DNA of 64,000 bases, taken from assembly GCA_017624285.1 (NCBI GenBank), contig JAGANI010000033.1:822-64821 (forward strand). The letters are read 5' to 3'. Under the pieces are notes generated by a model. It saw nothing but the letters and a program-made list of their open reading frames with translations. It ran no database searches and had not been told where the DNA came from. This document shows, in pieces, positions 1 to 9,383 of the stretch. The position numbers were made by a program, and so were the translations under genes. Source of the stretch: Clostridia bacterium. Its GTDB lineage: Bacteria > Bacillota > Clostridia > Christensenellales > Borkfalkiaceae. Within the stretch, counting starts at the first letter, position 1. Each line of letters starts with the position of its first letter.

Positions 1-864
1 CGATAATGCAACAGTACGTTGTTGCCCTTGCGAGCCGTAGTGGCGCACGTCCGTACCGTTTAACACAAACTTGATATCTTCCCTATGTGGACCGACGTTG
101 GTAAAGCCCAACTTTAAGTCTTTATCGACGCTATCGGCTAAAGCGTTATACATGATATCAGCGATTTCAGACTCCGTGCCTTTGATGGAATTTTCAGGAG
201 AAATTTTTAAAACTTCCCCACCGGATATCTCGCTATGGATTTTTTTAGCAACTGGCGCTAAGCGTGAAATAAAATCGTTCCTAGCGGAAAATATTTTTGC
301 AGCTTCTTGACAAAGCTGGGTATCCCAAACGGGTAACGTTTCTTTAATCATCAACCTATCGGGGTTTTTAAGTAGGTTGTTGCGTTGCGCCAAAATTTTG
401 TTGTAACGGCATAACGCGTAAAAATACTTCTTACTCATTTGTGAGAGAGAAATATTCATAAACCGACGACGGTCTTCTGGGGATTCCTGCACGAGTTTAA
501 GTTCCTGCGGGTTGAAAAACACGCTATTAATATTACCAAAAATATCGCCCATCTTAGCGACTTTAGCGCCGTTGACTTTAACTTCCTTCTCGCCAGAAGC
601 GGTTAAAACGGCTTCTACGCTGACGTTACCGACGTTAGATTTTGCCTTACCGACGATGCGGGCGACGTCCTCACCACTTTTGATAAGCTGTTTATCACGC
701 GTGGCGCGTGGCGAATAACCCGTGCAAAGATAAAACATGGCTTCAGCCATATTAGTCTTACCCTGTGCGTTTGCGCCCGTTAAAATATTGATTCCGTTAG
801 AAAAAACAAAGGTTTCTTCCTTATACGAACGGAAATTTGTAAGTGATAAACTTTCAATAAACAT
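1..864 (-). CDS. recF: DNA replication and repair protein RecF (N-terminal 288 codons; the gene runs off the left edge)
   Basis: Absent from the ORF track because it has no stop in the window. Minus-strand translation from ATG at 864 reads MFIESLSLTNFRSYKEETFVFSNGINILTGANAQGKTNMAEAMFYLCTGYSPRA... with the RecF/SMC Walker A GxNxQGKT. The frame stays open to position 1. Confidence 0.85.
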   Translation of the reverse strand, partial: MFIESLSLTNFRSYKEETFVFSNGINILTGANAQGKTNMAEAMFYLCTGYSPRATRDKQLIKSGEDVARIVGKAKSNVGNVSVEAVLTASGEKEVKVNGAKVAKMGDIFGNINSVFFNPQELKLVQESPEDRRRFMNISLSQMSKKYFYALCRYNKILAQRNNLLKNPDRLMIKETLPVWDTQLCQEAAKIFSARNDFISRLAPVAKKIHSEISGGEVLKISPENSIKGTESEIADIMYNALADSVDKDLKLGFTNVGPHREDIKFVLNGTDVRHYGSQGQQRTVALS

Positions 865-971
865 CTTTAAATCTCAACTAAAATCGAAAATTGTGTAAAA
901 ATCGCTTTATTTATTTTCAAAATTATTATATAATTTTTTCACCCCAAATGCAACTTTAAGAGGAAATAAAA

Positions 972-2315
972 ATGGAAAGTTACGAAATATTATGGAATAA
1001 CGCCCTTGTGGACTTGCAAAATACAATGCATCATACAGCGTATTCCACGTTTATAAAGTCGCTTACGGCTGTTGATTTAAAAAACGGTAAGGTTATTATT
1101 TGGTGTAAAACCAACCTTATTGCCGAAACCGTTAATAAAAAGTATGCGGATTATATTCGCGCTGCCGTGTCTAAAGCGTCTAACGGGGTAATTGCCGATT
1201 ACGAGCTTATCGTAGGTGCTGATAAAAGTACTGCTGGTAACCAAACTAAAAAATTTACGGAAAGCGCGCCTAGCGCTACTTTTACAGGTTCACCCGTAAA
1301 CCCTAAATTTACTTTTGATTCATTTGTCGTTGGTAGTTCTAACGAGCTTATTTACGCTGCGGCAAAATCCGTTGCAGAAAACCCTGGGGAATCTTTTAAC
1401 CCCCTATTTATTTACGGTGGCACGGGTTTAGGTAAAACGCATATACTTATGGCTATCGCTAACGAGCTTAAAATTAAACAGCCGTCTAAAACCGTTTTAT
1501 ACGCTACTTGCGAGCAGTTTACTAATCAGTTAATCGATTCTATAAGTAAAGGCAAAAACAATAGTGCGGAATTCCGTTCAACCTTTAGGGGCGTTGATAT
1601 ACTTTTAATTGACGATATACAATTTTTAAGTGGTAAGCAAAGCACCCAGTCGGAGTTTTTCCATACCTTTAACGAACTTATTATGCAAAATAAGCAAATC
1701 GTTTTGGCATCCGACCGTCCCCCGCACGAAATTGAAGTTTTAGAAGAACGTTTACGCACCCGTTTTGAAGGTGGTTTATTAGCAGACGTACAAAAACCAG
1801 ATATCGAAACGAGAATCGCTATATTAAAAAAGAAGGCTGAAGAAAAGAAGGTTATCGTAGATATTAAAGTGTTATCTTATATCGCTGAAAAGAGTGATGA
1901 AGATATCAGATCACTTATCGGTAAACTTACTAAGGTTATATTTGCATCACAATTACACGAAAAACCGATAAATATCGACCTTGTTAACGAAGCGTTAAAA
2001 GAAAGCGTTACCGATATACAAGAAGAAGTTAAGATTGACGATATAATTAGTTGCGTAGCAGATTTTTATAAAATTAAAAAGTCTGATATGCTTGGTAAAA
2101 AGAAGAATAAAGAGTTTGTTGAACCTAGACAAATTTGCATTTATTTAATAACTGAACTTTTAAATTTACCGTTAGTAACGATAGGTCAAAAAATGGGTGG
2201 TAGGGACCACGCAACGGTTATTTACGCAAGGGATAAGATTGCCGACTTATTAAAATTAGACATAACCTTAGCAACCCAAGTAAACGACCTTAAAAATTTA
2301 ATCCTTAAAAAATAA
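972..2315 (+). CDS. dnaA: Chromosomal replication initiator DnaA
   Basis: 447 aa. AAA+ Walker A GGTGLGKTHIL, Walker B LLIDDIQF, and a C-terminal DnaA-box-binding helix region (GGRDHATVIYA). RBS AAGAGGAAA upstream. Confidence 0.97.
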   Translation: MESYEILWNNALVDLQNTMHHTAYSTFIKSLTAVDLKNGKVIIWCKTNLIAETVNKKYADYIRAAVSKASNGVIADYELIVGADKSTAGNQTKKFTESAPSATFTGSPVNPKFTFDSFVVGSSNELIYAAAKSVAENPGESFNPLFIYGGTGLGKTHILMAIANELKIKQPSKTVLYATCEQFTNQLIDSISKGKNNSAEFRSTFRGVDILLIDDIQFLSGKQSTQSEFFHTFNELIMQNKQIVLASDRPPHEIEVLEERLRTRFEGGLLADVQKPDIETRIAILKKKAEEKKVIVDIKVLSYIAEKSDEDIRSLIGKLTKVIFASQLHEKPINIDLVNEALKESVTDIQEEVKIDDIISCVADFYKIKKSDMLGKKKNKEFVEPRQICIYLITELLNLPLVTIGQKMGGRDHATVIYARDKIADLLKLDITLATQVNDLKNLILKK

Positions 2316-2360
2316 TAAAAAACTAAAGTAAATAAAGCCAAATTTTTGGCTTTGACACGA

Positions 2361-2387
2361 AAAACCGCATACGTATGCGGTTTTTTT
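2361..2387 (+). terminator. Intrinsic terminator after dnaA, preceded by a second hairpin at 2334-2353
   Basis: aaaaCCGCATACGTATGCGGttttttt. An upstream hairpin AAAGCCAAAttTTTGGCTTT is also present. Confidence 0.7.
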
Positions 2388-2396
2388 GGAGATAGT

Positions 2397-4256
2397 ATGA
2401 ACAACACTTATATCGAAACAACTTGCGACGCCGTAGTAATAGGCGCAGGCCACGCCGGGTGTGAATCTGCCTTAGCGCTTGCCCGTCTTGGCTTTGATAC
2501 CGTTATGCTTACCTTAAATTTGGAAAGCATAGCCTTTATGGCGTGCAATCCGTCGATCGGTGGTACAGCAAAAGGTCATCTTGTAAGGGAAATTGACGCC
2601 TTAGGTGGCGAAATGGGTATAAACGCAGATAAGGCGTGTATGCAACTAAGGATGCTTAACCGTGGTAAAGGTTCAGCCGTGCAATCACTTAGGTCGCAAT
2701 CAGATAAACACTTATACCACGCTTTAATGAAAAAAACACTTGAGGAAACAAAAAACCTACGCATCTTACAAGGCGAAGCTGTTGAAATTTTAACTAAAGA
2801 CGGCGTAGTTACCGGCGTAAAAAACTCCTTTGGTGGCGTAATTAACTGTAAAACGGTAATTTTGGCGACGGGTGTTTACTTAAATGCGGAAATCACCGCG
2901 GGTGAGTGGCAAGCAAACCAAGGCCCTAACGGCTTTGCGCCCGCAAACGCGCTTACCAAAAATCTTATCGACTTAGGTTTTACCGTAAGGCGTTTTAAGA
3001 CTGGTACGCCTGCAAGGGTTGACGGCAAGACGGTTGATTATAGTAAGTGTGAAATTCAACCTGGCGAAACTGAAATTTACCCCTTTTCCTTTATGTCGGA
3101 TAATCCGCCGGAAAAACAAACGCCGTGCTATTTAACCTATACTAACGAAAAAACCCACCAAATTATTAGGGATAATTTAACCCGTTCCCCCCTATACTCC
3201 GGTTTAATAGTTGGTATCGGCCCGAGATACTGCCCGTCGATAGAAACTAAAATTATGCGCTTTGCCGATAAAGAGCGCCATCAAATATTTTTAGAACCAG
3301 AAGGTGGCTTAACTAACGAAGTTTACGTACAAGGTATGTCGACTTCACTCCCCCACGACGTTCAAAAAGCCATGTATAGGACTATACCGGGGCTTGAAAA
3401 TTGTGAAATTATGCGTTACGCCTACGCCATTGAGTACGACGCTATCGATAGTACCGAACTTAAACTTTCGTTAGAGTTTAAAAAGGTTGAAGGCTTGTTT
3501 TGCGCAGGTCAAATAAACGGCACGTCAGGGTATGAAGAAGCTGGCGCGCAAGGTCTTATTGCAGGTATAAACGCAGGCTTAAAAATGCAAGGTAAACCCC
3601 CTATTATATTAAAACGCGACCAGGCGTATATCGGCGTTTTGATTGACGACCTTGTTACCAAAGGCACGGACGAGCCTTATAGAATTATGACGTCACGCGC
3701 AGAACACAGGGTTTTACTCCGCCAAGATAACGCCGACGTAAGACTTACCGAGATAGGTAGAAGCGTTGGTTTAGTTACCGACGAGCGTTACGACAGATTT
3801 TTAAAACGCATAGAAAATTACGAAAAGGCTAAAGTAGAAGCTGAAGTAGTGCGTTCACCCAAAGACGTGGAAGAATTCGTTTGCAGTTACGGTTTTAACA
3901 CGCTTAACGGCGGGTTAAGTTATAAAGATATGGTAAAACGCGGTATACCGATTAAAGATATACGCAAACGCTTTGACGCATTTAAGGGCTTAAGAGAAGA
4001 TACCCTTGAAATGCTTGAAACCGACTATAAGTACGAAGGCTACTTAAAAAAGGGTTTGGAGCAGATTGAACGCGCCAAAAAGATGGAAGAAAAGGTTTTA
4101 CCAAAGGATATAGATTACCTTAAAATTGACGGTCTTAGGCTTGAAGCAAGGGAAGCTTTAGATAAAATCCGTCCCGAAAACTTAGGTCAAGCCGGCAGAA
4201 TTTACGGCGTAAATCCAGCCGACGTCGCCGTCTTAATGGTGTATCTTAAAAAATAA
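2397..4256 (+). CDS. mnmG: tRNA uridine 5-carboxymethylaminomethyl modification enzyme MnmG (GidA)
   Basis: FAD motif [12 protein letters not shown], GidA signatures ([28 protein letters not shown]). I moved the start to ATG 2397 (GGAG 6 nt upstream) because the track start 2346 lies inside the dnaA terminator. Confidence 0.95.
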   Translation: MNNTYIETTCDAVVIGAGHAGCESALALARLGFDTVMLTLNLESIAFMACNPSIGGTAKGHLVREIDALGGEMGINADKACMQLRMLNRGKGSAVQSLRSQSDKHLYHALMKKTLEETKNLRILQGEAVEILTKDGVVTGVKNSFGGVINCKTVILATGVYLNAEITAGEWQANQGPNGFAPANALTKNLIDLGFTVRRFKTGTPARVDGKTVDYSKCEIQPGETEIYPFSFMSDNPPEKQTPCYLTYTNEKTHQIIRDNLTRSPLYSGLIVGIGPRYCPSIETKIMRFADKERHQIFLEPEGGLTNEVYVQGMSTSLPHDVQKAMYRTIPGLENCEIMRYAYAIEYDAIDSTELKLSLEFKKVEGLFCAGQINGTSGYEEAGAQGLIAGINAGLKMQGKPPIILKRDQAYIGVLIDDLVTKGTDEPYRIMTSRAEHRVLLRQDNADVRLTEIGRSVGLVTDERYDRFLKRIENYEKAKVEAEVVRSPKDVEEFVCSYGFNTLNGGLSYKDMVKRGIPIKDIRKRFDAFKGLREDTLEMLETDYKYEGYLKKGLEQIERAKKMEEKVLPKDIDYLKIDGLRLEAREALDKIRPENLGQAGRIYGVNPADVAVLMVYLKK

Positions 4257-4259
4257 TAA

Positions 4260-4709
4260 GTCATTCTGAGCAAAACTTTTGTTTTGCGTGAGAATCCCCT
4301 GTACTCTCTTGTCATTCTGAGCGTAGCGCGAGAATCCCCCACCTTAGAAAATTGAAAAAGGGAGATTGTCACGCTCGTTATACTCGCTCACAATGACGGT
4401 AATTAGTGGAGATTATCACGTCGCTATCACTCCTCATAATGGCAGCAAAACAATTGTCATTCTAAGCGTAGCGTAAGAATCCCCTGTACTCTCTTGTCAT
4501 TCTGAGCGTAGCGTGAGAATCCCCCACCTTAGAAAATTACAAAAACGGAGATTGCCACGCTCGTTATACTCGCTCACAATGACGGTAATTAGTGGAAATT
4601 ATCACGTCGCTAACGCTCCTCACAATGACAGGTTTGTTTTATTGTCATTCTGAGCGTAGCGTGAGAATCCCCCACCTTAGAGAATTGAAAATGGGAGATT
4701 GCCACGCTC
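4260..4709. repeat. REP-like nested-palindrome repeat cluster 1 (about 10 units, both orientations)
   Basis: Units are GTCATTCTGAGC-(4-16 nt)-CGTGAGAATCCCC. The inverted variant is GGAGATTGTCACG-(loop)-CTCACAATGAC. Conserved linkers (ccttagaaaattacaaaaa, ctgtactctctt) join the units. There is a higher-order repeat of about 185-196 bp (4311.. vs 4496..). The cluster starts 4 nt after the mnmG stop. Confidence 0.9.
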
Positions 4710-4814
4710 CCACTTGCTTACAGTTTGGTAATGCACGCAACAGGCGTTTGCCAAAGCATCTTGCGTGATACCAGCCTGCTTTCTTAAATTTTTAAGGTTT
4801 TTATTAAAAGCCAT
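4677..4814 (-). pseudogene. Truncated XRE-family helix-turn-helix gene (45 codons) ending inside the repeat cluster
   Basis: Own translation: MAFNKNLKNLRKQAGITQDALANACCVHYQTVSKWERGNLPFSIL*. This is the typical HTH_3 N-terminus up to the WERG motif. The codons from ERGNLP onward are repeat-unit sequence (GAGCGTGGCAATCTCC). Confidence 0.5.
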
Positions 4815-5022
4815 AATACCCTACCCTTTTTTGATAACTTTATTATACAACCAATTAACTTTTCCGTCAAGGGGTAATAAAACACGGTTTTATTATAGAT
4901 TTGTTTATAAATGCGTAGTTATACAGCGTTTTACAGCAAAAGTTGGTAGTGGTGCGTTACGACGCTTTTTTACAACCGTTTATTTGATTGACTTTTTTTT
5001 GATAAAAGTTTACAATTACTTT

Positions 5023-5367
5023 AAAGTCGGTTGTGTAATCGCGGGAACGCTATTAAAGGCGTTAATGAGGAAAGTCCGAGCATCGTAGAGCAGGGCGCCG
5101 GAGAAATCCCGGTGGGGGTGACCCTAAGGAAAGTGCAACAGAAATATACCGCCATTTATTTGGTAAGGATGGAAAGGCGAGGTAAGAGCTCACCGTCCCT
5201 ACGGTAACGCAGGGAGCCATGTAAACCCCGTCCGATGCAAGATTGACAAAATACCCACGTGGGTTGCTCGCCCGGGTATTTTATTAAAACATCGCTGGAG
5301 GCATACGGAGACGTTTGTCGTAGATAAATGATTACACTAGACAGAACTCGGCTTATAGACCGACTTT
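5023..5367 (+). ncRNA. rnpB: RNase P RNA
   Basis: Conserved P4 strands GAGGAAAGTCCGAGC (5') and ACAGAACTCGGCTTAT (3'), internal GGTAAGAGCTCACC. The P1 pairing is AAAGTCGGT (5023) with ACCGACTTT (5359-5367). The overlapping + ORF 4765-5088 is spurious. Confidence 0.9.
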
Positions 5368-5395
5368 GCGGTTGGAGTTATCCAACCGCTTTTTT
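5368..5395 (+). terminator. Intrinsic terminator of rnpB
   Basis: GCGGTTGGAgttaTCCAACCGC followed by TTTTTT. Confidence 0.8.
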
Positions 5396-5489
5396 GCGCC
5401 TTTTATTACCTAACGGGAACTTCTTTACGGTAAACGGCTAAAAATTTTAAATACGTACTTGATTTTTGCCACATAAATTAATAAGTAAA

Positions 5490-5514
5490 GGGGCATCGGT
5501 TAACCCGATGCCCC
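5490..5514. terminator. GC-rich hairpin, candidate terminator for the minus-strand rubrerythrin transcript (or bidirectional)
   Basis: GGGGCATCGGttaacCCGATGCCCC flanked by A/T-rich runs on both sides. Confidence 0.45.
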
Positions 5515-5879
5515 CTCTTTTAGCGTTAAAAAAACGCTGCTGCTATTAATAACGATATTTATTTAATTTATAATAGTAATATTCTTTTAAATTTTAATAC
5601 TTTACTATTGTTTTTTATAAATAACGTGTATTTACGGTAAAATAGCCGTATACGTACTGCGTTATTTTATAAAATAATTAATTATAAATCGTCAACGTCT
5701 TGAACGGGTGTTTCTAAATAATCGTAAAAATCTATACCCGTGTAAGACCCATAACTATCAAAAAAACTATCGCTTTCGATAAGATTACTTACAGGCTTTT
5801 TCGCTTTGATTGCTTTTTTCCTGTTTTTGGTTTTTAGCAGACTTAGTGTTGTTTTTTGAAGATTTTCTCATACATACTC

Positions 5880-6449
5880 CTATAACTTTATCTCTATAAA
5901 GCCTTGTGTTGAGCCACATAACGGACAAACGTCCCACCCACTTGAAGACGTTTCGATATGACCACACTCGCTACAACGCCACATAGTTGGCTTAGTTAAA
6001 TTGTATAATTGGTCGTTATCGTAACCGTTTAGTAGATAGTTTAGTTTATCTGCATGTTGACGCTCTACCTCAGCAATAAGTTTATACTTTTTGGCTATTT
6101 CGTCAAAACCCTCGTCAATGGCAACTTGGGCAAACTTATCGTAAATGAGCGACTCATCTTTTTCAGATTTCACAGCATTTTCAAGCCCCGTCTTTATATC
6201 TTGACCCATAAACGGATAACCAGCGGTAAACTCAATATTTTGATAACCACCGTCGTTTACGATAAAATCAAAAAAGACTTTTGCGTGTTTGACTTCGTTT
6301 TTTGCCAAACTTTTTATCTCGTCAGATAAAATTTTATAGCCGGCGTTTAAGCACTTTTCGGCAATAAATTGATATCTTAAACCTGCTTGCGCTTCGCCTG
6401 CAAAACTTCTTGCTAGGTTAATTAAAGTTTTGGATTTATTCAGCTGCAT
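5880..6449 (-). CDS. rbr: Rubrerythrin
   Basis: 189 aa. Ferritin-like di-iron domain (EAQAGLRYQF..., EVKHAKVF, ERQHADKL) plus a C-terminal rubredoxin-like CxxC...CxxC (CSECGH...CPLCG). Confidence 0.9.
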   Translation of the reverse strand: MQLNKSKTLINLARSFAGEAQAGLRYQFIAEKCLNAGYKILSDEIKSLAKNEVKHAKVFFDFIVNDGGYQNIEFTAGYPFMGQDIKTGLENAVKSEKDESLIYDKFAQVAIDEGFDEIAKKYKLIAEVERQHADKLNYLLNGYDNDQLYNLTKPTMWRCSECGHIETSSSGWDVCPLCGSTQGFIEIKL

Positions 6450-6796
6450 AACTTCCTCCCTTCGCTTATTATTGTGTGAAGGGCGTTTTGTTTTATACCA
6501 AAAAAATCAAAAAATTTTTATTTTTTTATTATTTTTATAACTAAAAATTGAAAAATTAACTTTTTTTGTTAATTTTTATACTACTAAATTTTACTACTAA
6601 ATTTATTAAAATATAAAAAAACGACAGTGAACGGGGTGCGTTTTTTTGATTTTTGATGTTAAATATATAATAATTTTTAGCATTTACTAAATTTTGACGT
6701 AAATTAAATATTTTATAAAGGGTTTACAAAAATACTTTATTTTTGTATAATAAAAGTAATATTTGCAAAAATAAATTCTATTTTAGGAGATCGTTT

Positions 6797-8302
6797 ATGT
6801 TTTACGGAATCTTTTTTGCTCTTGCAGTAGGTTCGGTTTTGGCATTGTACTTTACCAAAATTTGCAAATCTACAAATCCTTTAATCGAAAGGATTGCTAA
6901 AATATTAGTAATCGTTTGGATGTCAATCTACTTTATTAACCTTTTCTTACCAGATGGTTTAGTGCTTCGTACCTATAACGACACTTCAATATATCAATCT
7001 GGCGAAAATACTTGGTTTGTAATGCTTAGATGGTGCAACGACGTTGCCTTTTTGGTTTTACCCGTAGCGGTATTTTTCAAAAAAGATTTATTTATCAAGA
7101 TTACAGGCTACTTTTTAAGTATAGTGTGCCTAGTAAACGTTATTTGCTACTTTAAGTATATCGCTTTTTATACTTCACCCCTTGGCGCAGGTATTGCCGA
7201 AATACGTTTTTTAAGCGAAGGCGCAAAAGCATTTTTAAGGGACGCTACGTTTAGGAGTTTTTACTTTGGCGTAATGATGTACCTTGAATTAATTTTAATT
7301 GCTTATATCTTTATCCGCCACTTTGACGTATTAAAAAATCAAATGGTAGATTTATTTACCGGCAAAGCAAACGTAAAGGGTATACTTTTAGGGCTTGGCG
7401 CATTTTTACTTATATTTTTATCAATCGTACCGATCTATGCACCGCAATACATTTTTAAAGGTTACTCTAGATCAGACGTACAAGCGTTTGATACCTTTAA
7501 GATGGCTGAACCCTTCCATATAATTTGGGTAGTTATGGTAATTGTTGAGGGCGTTGCTTTAACCCTTTTATTTAGAAAAAAGGATTACGAAACTAAGTAT
7601 ATCGTAGTATTGATGCTTGCGTTATCGCTAGTTATGCAATACAACCAAATGTTTACGTGTATTGGCGAAATAACCGCGCACAGGATGCCTTTCCAACTCT
7701 GTAACATGGCTGGTTTATTTATACTTGTTATGTTGCTTACAAGAAGCGAAAGGATGTATCACTTTACCTTAGTTATAAACGCGGTAGGCGCTTTAATTGC
7801 TATGGCGCTTTGCGATACTTCACCTTTTGGCGTTGCTTACGTTATGAACATCCACTACATGCTAGAACACACCAACGTTATCTTAGCGCCCATACTTTGC
7901 GCTACGCTAGGGTTATTCCCGAAACTTAAGTCTAAACACGTTATCGACTTTTTAGTTGGCTGGGTAGTATACTTTACGTTTATTTTACTAGTTGGCGGTA
8001 CGTTTAGGGGCTTACACAACCTTGGTGGGCCGAACGCTGACTATTGGGACGCTAACTACTTGTTTATGTTTGATAAGGCTGAAACCAGCAGTATCGTAGG
8101 CTTTATTGGTCCTTTATTTGATATTAACTTTACGTTATTTAACTTCTTTACGTTTAACCTAACACAAGCTTTAATCTTTTTGGTATTCCCGCTTATTTGC
8201 ACGGGCGTGTTCTTCTTGATGAAGGTTTTACTAAACATCGGTAAAAAGACAGACGTCTTCCCTGAAGGCGCTGATGAATTAAAAGCAAAACTTAAAATTT
8301 AA
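6797..8302 (+). CDS. Polytopic integral membrane protein; the C-terminal half resembles the YwaF/TIGR02206 family
   Basis: More than 10 hydrophobic segments. The motif RMPFQLCNMAGLFILVMLLT...GALIAMALCD resembles the LPLHLC signature of TIGR02206. Start moved to ATG 6797 (AGGAG 7 nt upstream). Confidence 0.6.
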   Translation: MFYGIFFALAVGSVLALYFTKICKSTNPLIERIAKILVIVWMSIYFINLFLPDGLVLRTYNDTSIYQSGENTWFVMLRWCNDVAFLVLPVAVFFKKDLFIKITGYFLSIVCLVNVICYFKYIAFYTSPLGAGIAEIRFLSEGAKAFLRDATFRSFYFGVMMYLELILIAYIFIRHFDVLKNQMVDLFTGKANVKGILLGLGAFLLIFLSIVPIYAPQYIFKGYSRSDVQAFDTFKMAEPFHIIWVVMVIVEGVALTLLFRKKDYETKYIVVLMLALSLVMQYNQMFTCIGEITAHRMPFQLCNMAGLFILVMLLTRSERMYHFTLVINAVGALIAMALCDTSPFGVAYVMNIHYMLEHTNVILAPILCATLGLFPKLKSKHVIDFLVGWVVYFTFILLVGGTFRGLHNLGGPNADYWDANYLFMFDKAETSSIVGFIGPLFDINFTLFNFFTFNLTQALIFLVFPLICTGVFFLMKVLLNIGKKTDVFPEGADELKAKLKI

Positions 8303-8316
8303 CTAAGGATAAAAAA

Positions 8317-9366
8317 ATGAACTATCACCGCTCTAAACTGCTTGGTAGTGAGGCGGTTTTAAGTTTTTCAGCCACAAATGCGTTAAGACTTATCTTTGAA
8401 TTTATGGTGCTTATACACCATTTATACGATACGTTTACCCCGATAGGACCATTTTTTTCAAGCACGTTTGGTCCGATAGCCGTGGGCGGTTTTATACTGA
8501 TATCGGGCTACGGGGTCGGTAAAAGCTTTATTAAAAAGGGCGATGCCTATCGTGCAAGATTGATTTTTGAACGCATCCCCCGTAACTATTTAATGATAGT
8601 AACAGTAAATTTAGTTTATCTATTTTTGTTTTTATACGGGGGTAACTTATTTAATAGTGCAGAAGGCGCTATTGCATCAGTATTATATTTACCGTTTTTA
8701 CCCGATTACGAAACGCTTTCGCACTATATATACTTTTTGGCTGATTTAATGATTTACTATATACTATTTGCAGGTATAAGTTACTTATTTAAAAAGCTTA
8801 AAAACCCCTTGCTTTGGACGGCAATAACAATGTTTGGCCTTTGCTTTGTAACGATGGTCGTGCTAGAAATTATAAATGGCGCAACCGGTAATAACGGCGC
8901 AATGCGTGGCGCATTATGCTTCCCTGCAGGATTAATAATTGCTTGTTTTGATGACGAAATTGTAAAAGCAATATATAAACGTGGCCCATTAATTTGTATA
9001 GCGCTGATGCTACCATTAGTACCGTGTGCGTTTTTTTGGGAAGAAAATATCCCTTACGAATACTTAATGCCACTATTTTTCTCACTAGGACTTTGCATGC
9101 TATTTTTCCAAGTTAAGTTTAATAGTAAAGTTATTAACTACCTGGCAAGTTTAGTTTTATACGTATACGTCTCGCACGAGTTTATTAGAGAATTTTTAAG
9201 GATGAAGTTTACAGGTTTTTTAACACACAAGCTATCCTTTTTAACCTTAAAAAATGAAATTTTTATAATAACGATAATAGCATCTTTAGTATTTGCCGTA
9301 CTTTGCGATTTAATTAAACGTCTTATTAAACTAATAAATAAACAGCGTAAAATTAAAAGGACGTAA
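8317..9366 (+). CDS. Membrane acyltransferase (acyltransferase family 3-like)
   Basis: 349 aa and about 10 TM segments. The N-terminal ALRLIFEFMVLIHHL and ISGYG patterns are typical of OafA-type acyltransferases. RBS AAGGA upstream. The family call is by pattern only. Confidence 0.5.
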   Translation: MNYHRSKLLGSEAVLSFSATNALRLIFEFMVLIHHLYDTFTPIGPFFSSTFGPIAVGGFILISGYGVGKSFIKKGDAYRARLIFERIPRNYLMIVTVNLVYLFLFLYGGNLFNSAEGAIASVLYLPFLPDYETLSHYIYFLADLMIYYILFAGISYLFKKLKNPLLWTAITMFGLCFVTMVVLEIINGATGNNGAMRGALCFPAGLIIACFDDEIVKAIYKRGPLICIALMLPLVPCAFFWEENIPYEYLMPLFFSLGLCMLFFQVKFNSKVINYLASLVLYVYVSHEFIREFLRMKFTGFLTHKLSFLTLKNEIFIITIIASLVFAVLCDLIKRLIKLINKQRKIKRT

Positions 9367-9383
9367 ACTTTGCTTAAATTAAA

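Noticed and set aside
865-971. The recF-dnaA intergenic region as oriC.
   Set aside because: It is only 107 bp and I found no 9-mer within 1-2 mismatches of TTATCCACA. The box cluster is upstream of dnaN instead.
4260-4709. The repeat clusters (also 38241-38440 and 50008-50530) might be CRISPR arrays.
   Set aside because: The units occur in both orientations, are themselves palindromes with variable loops, and are not evenly spaced. The sequences between them are conserved linkers rather than unique spacers. No cas genes are present in the window.
4765-5088. A 107-aa + strand ORF.
   Set aside because: It overlaps the 5' part of the RNase P RNA and the AT-rich spacer. The composition is implausible (F/L/Y/K rich) and there is no RBS.
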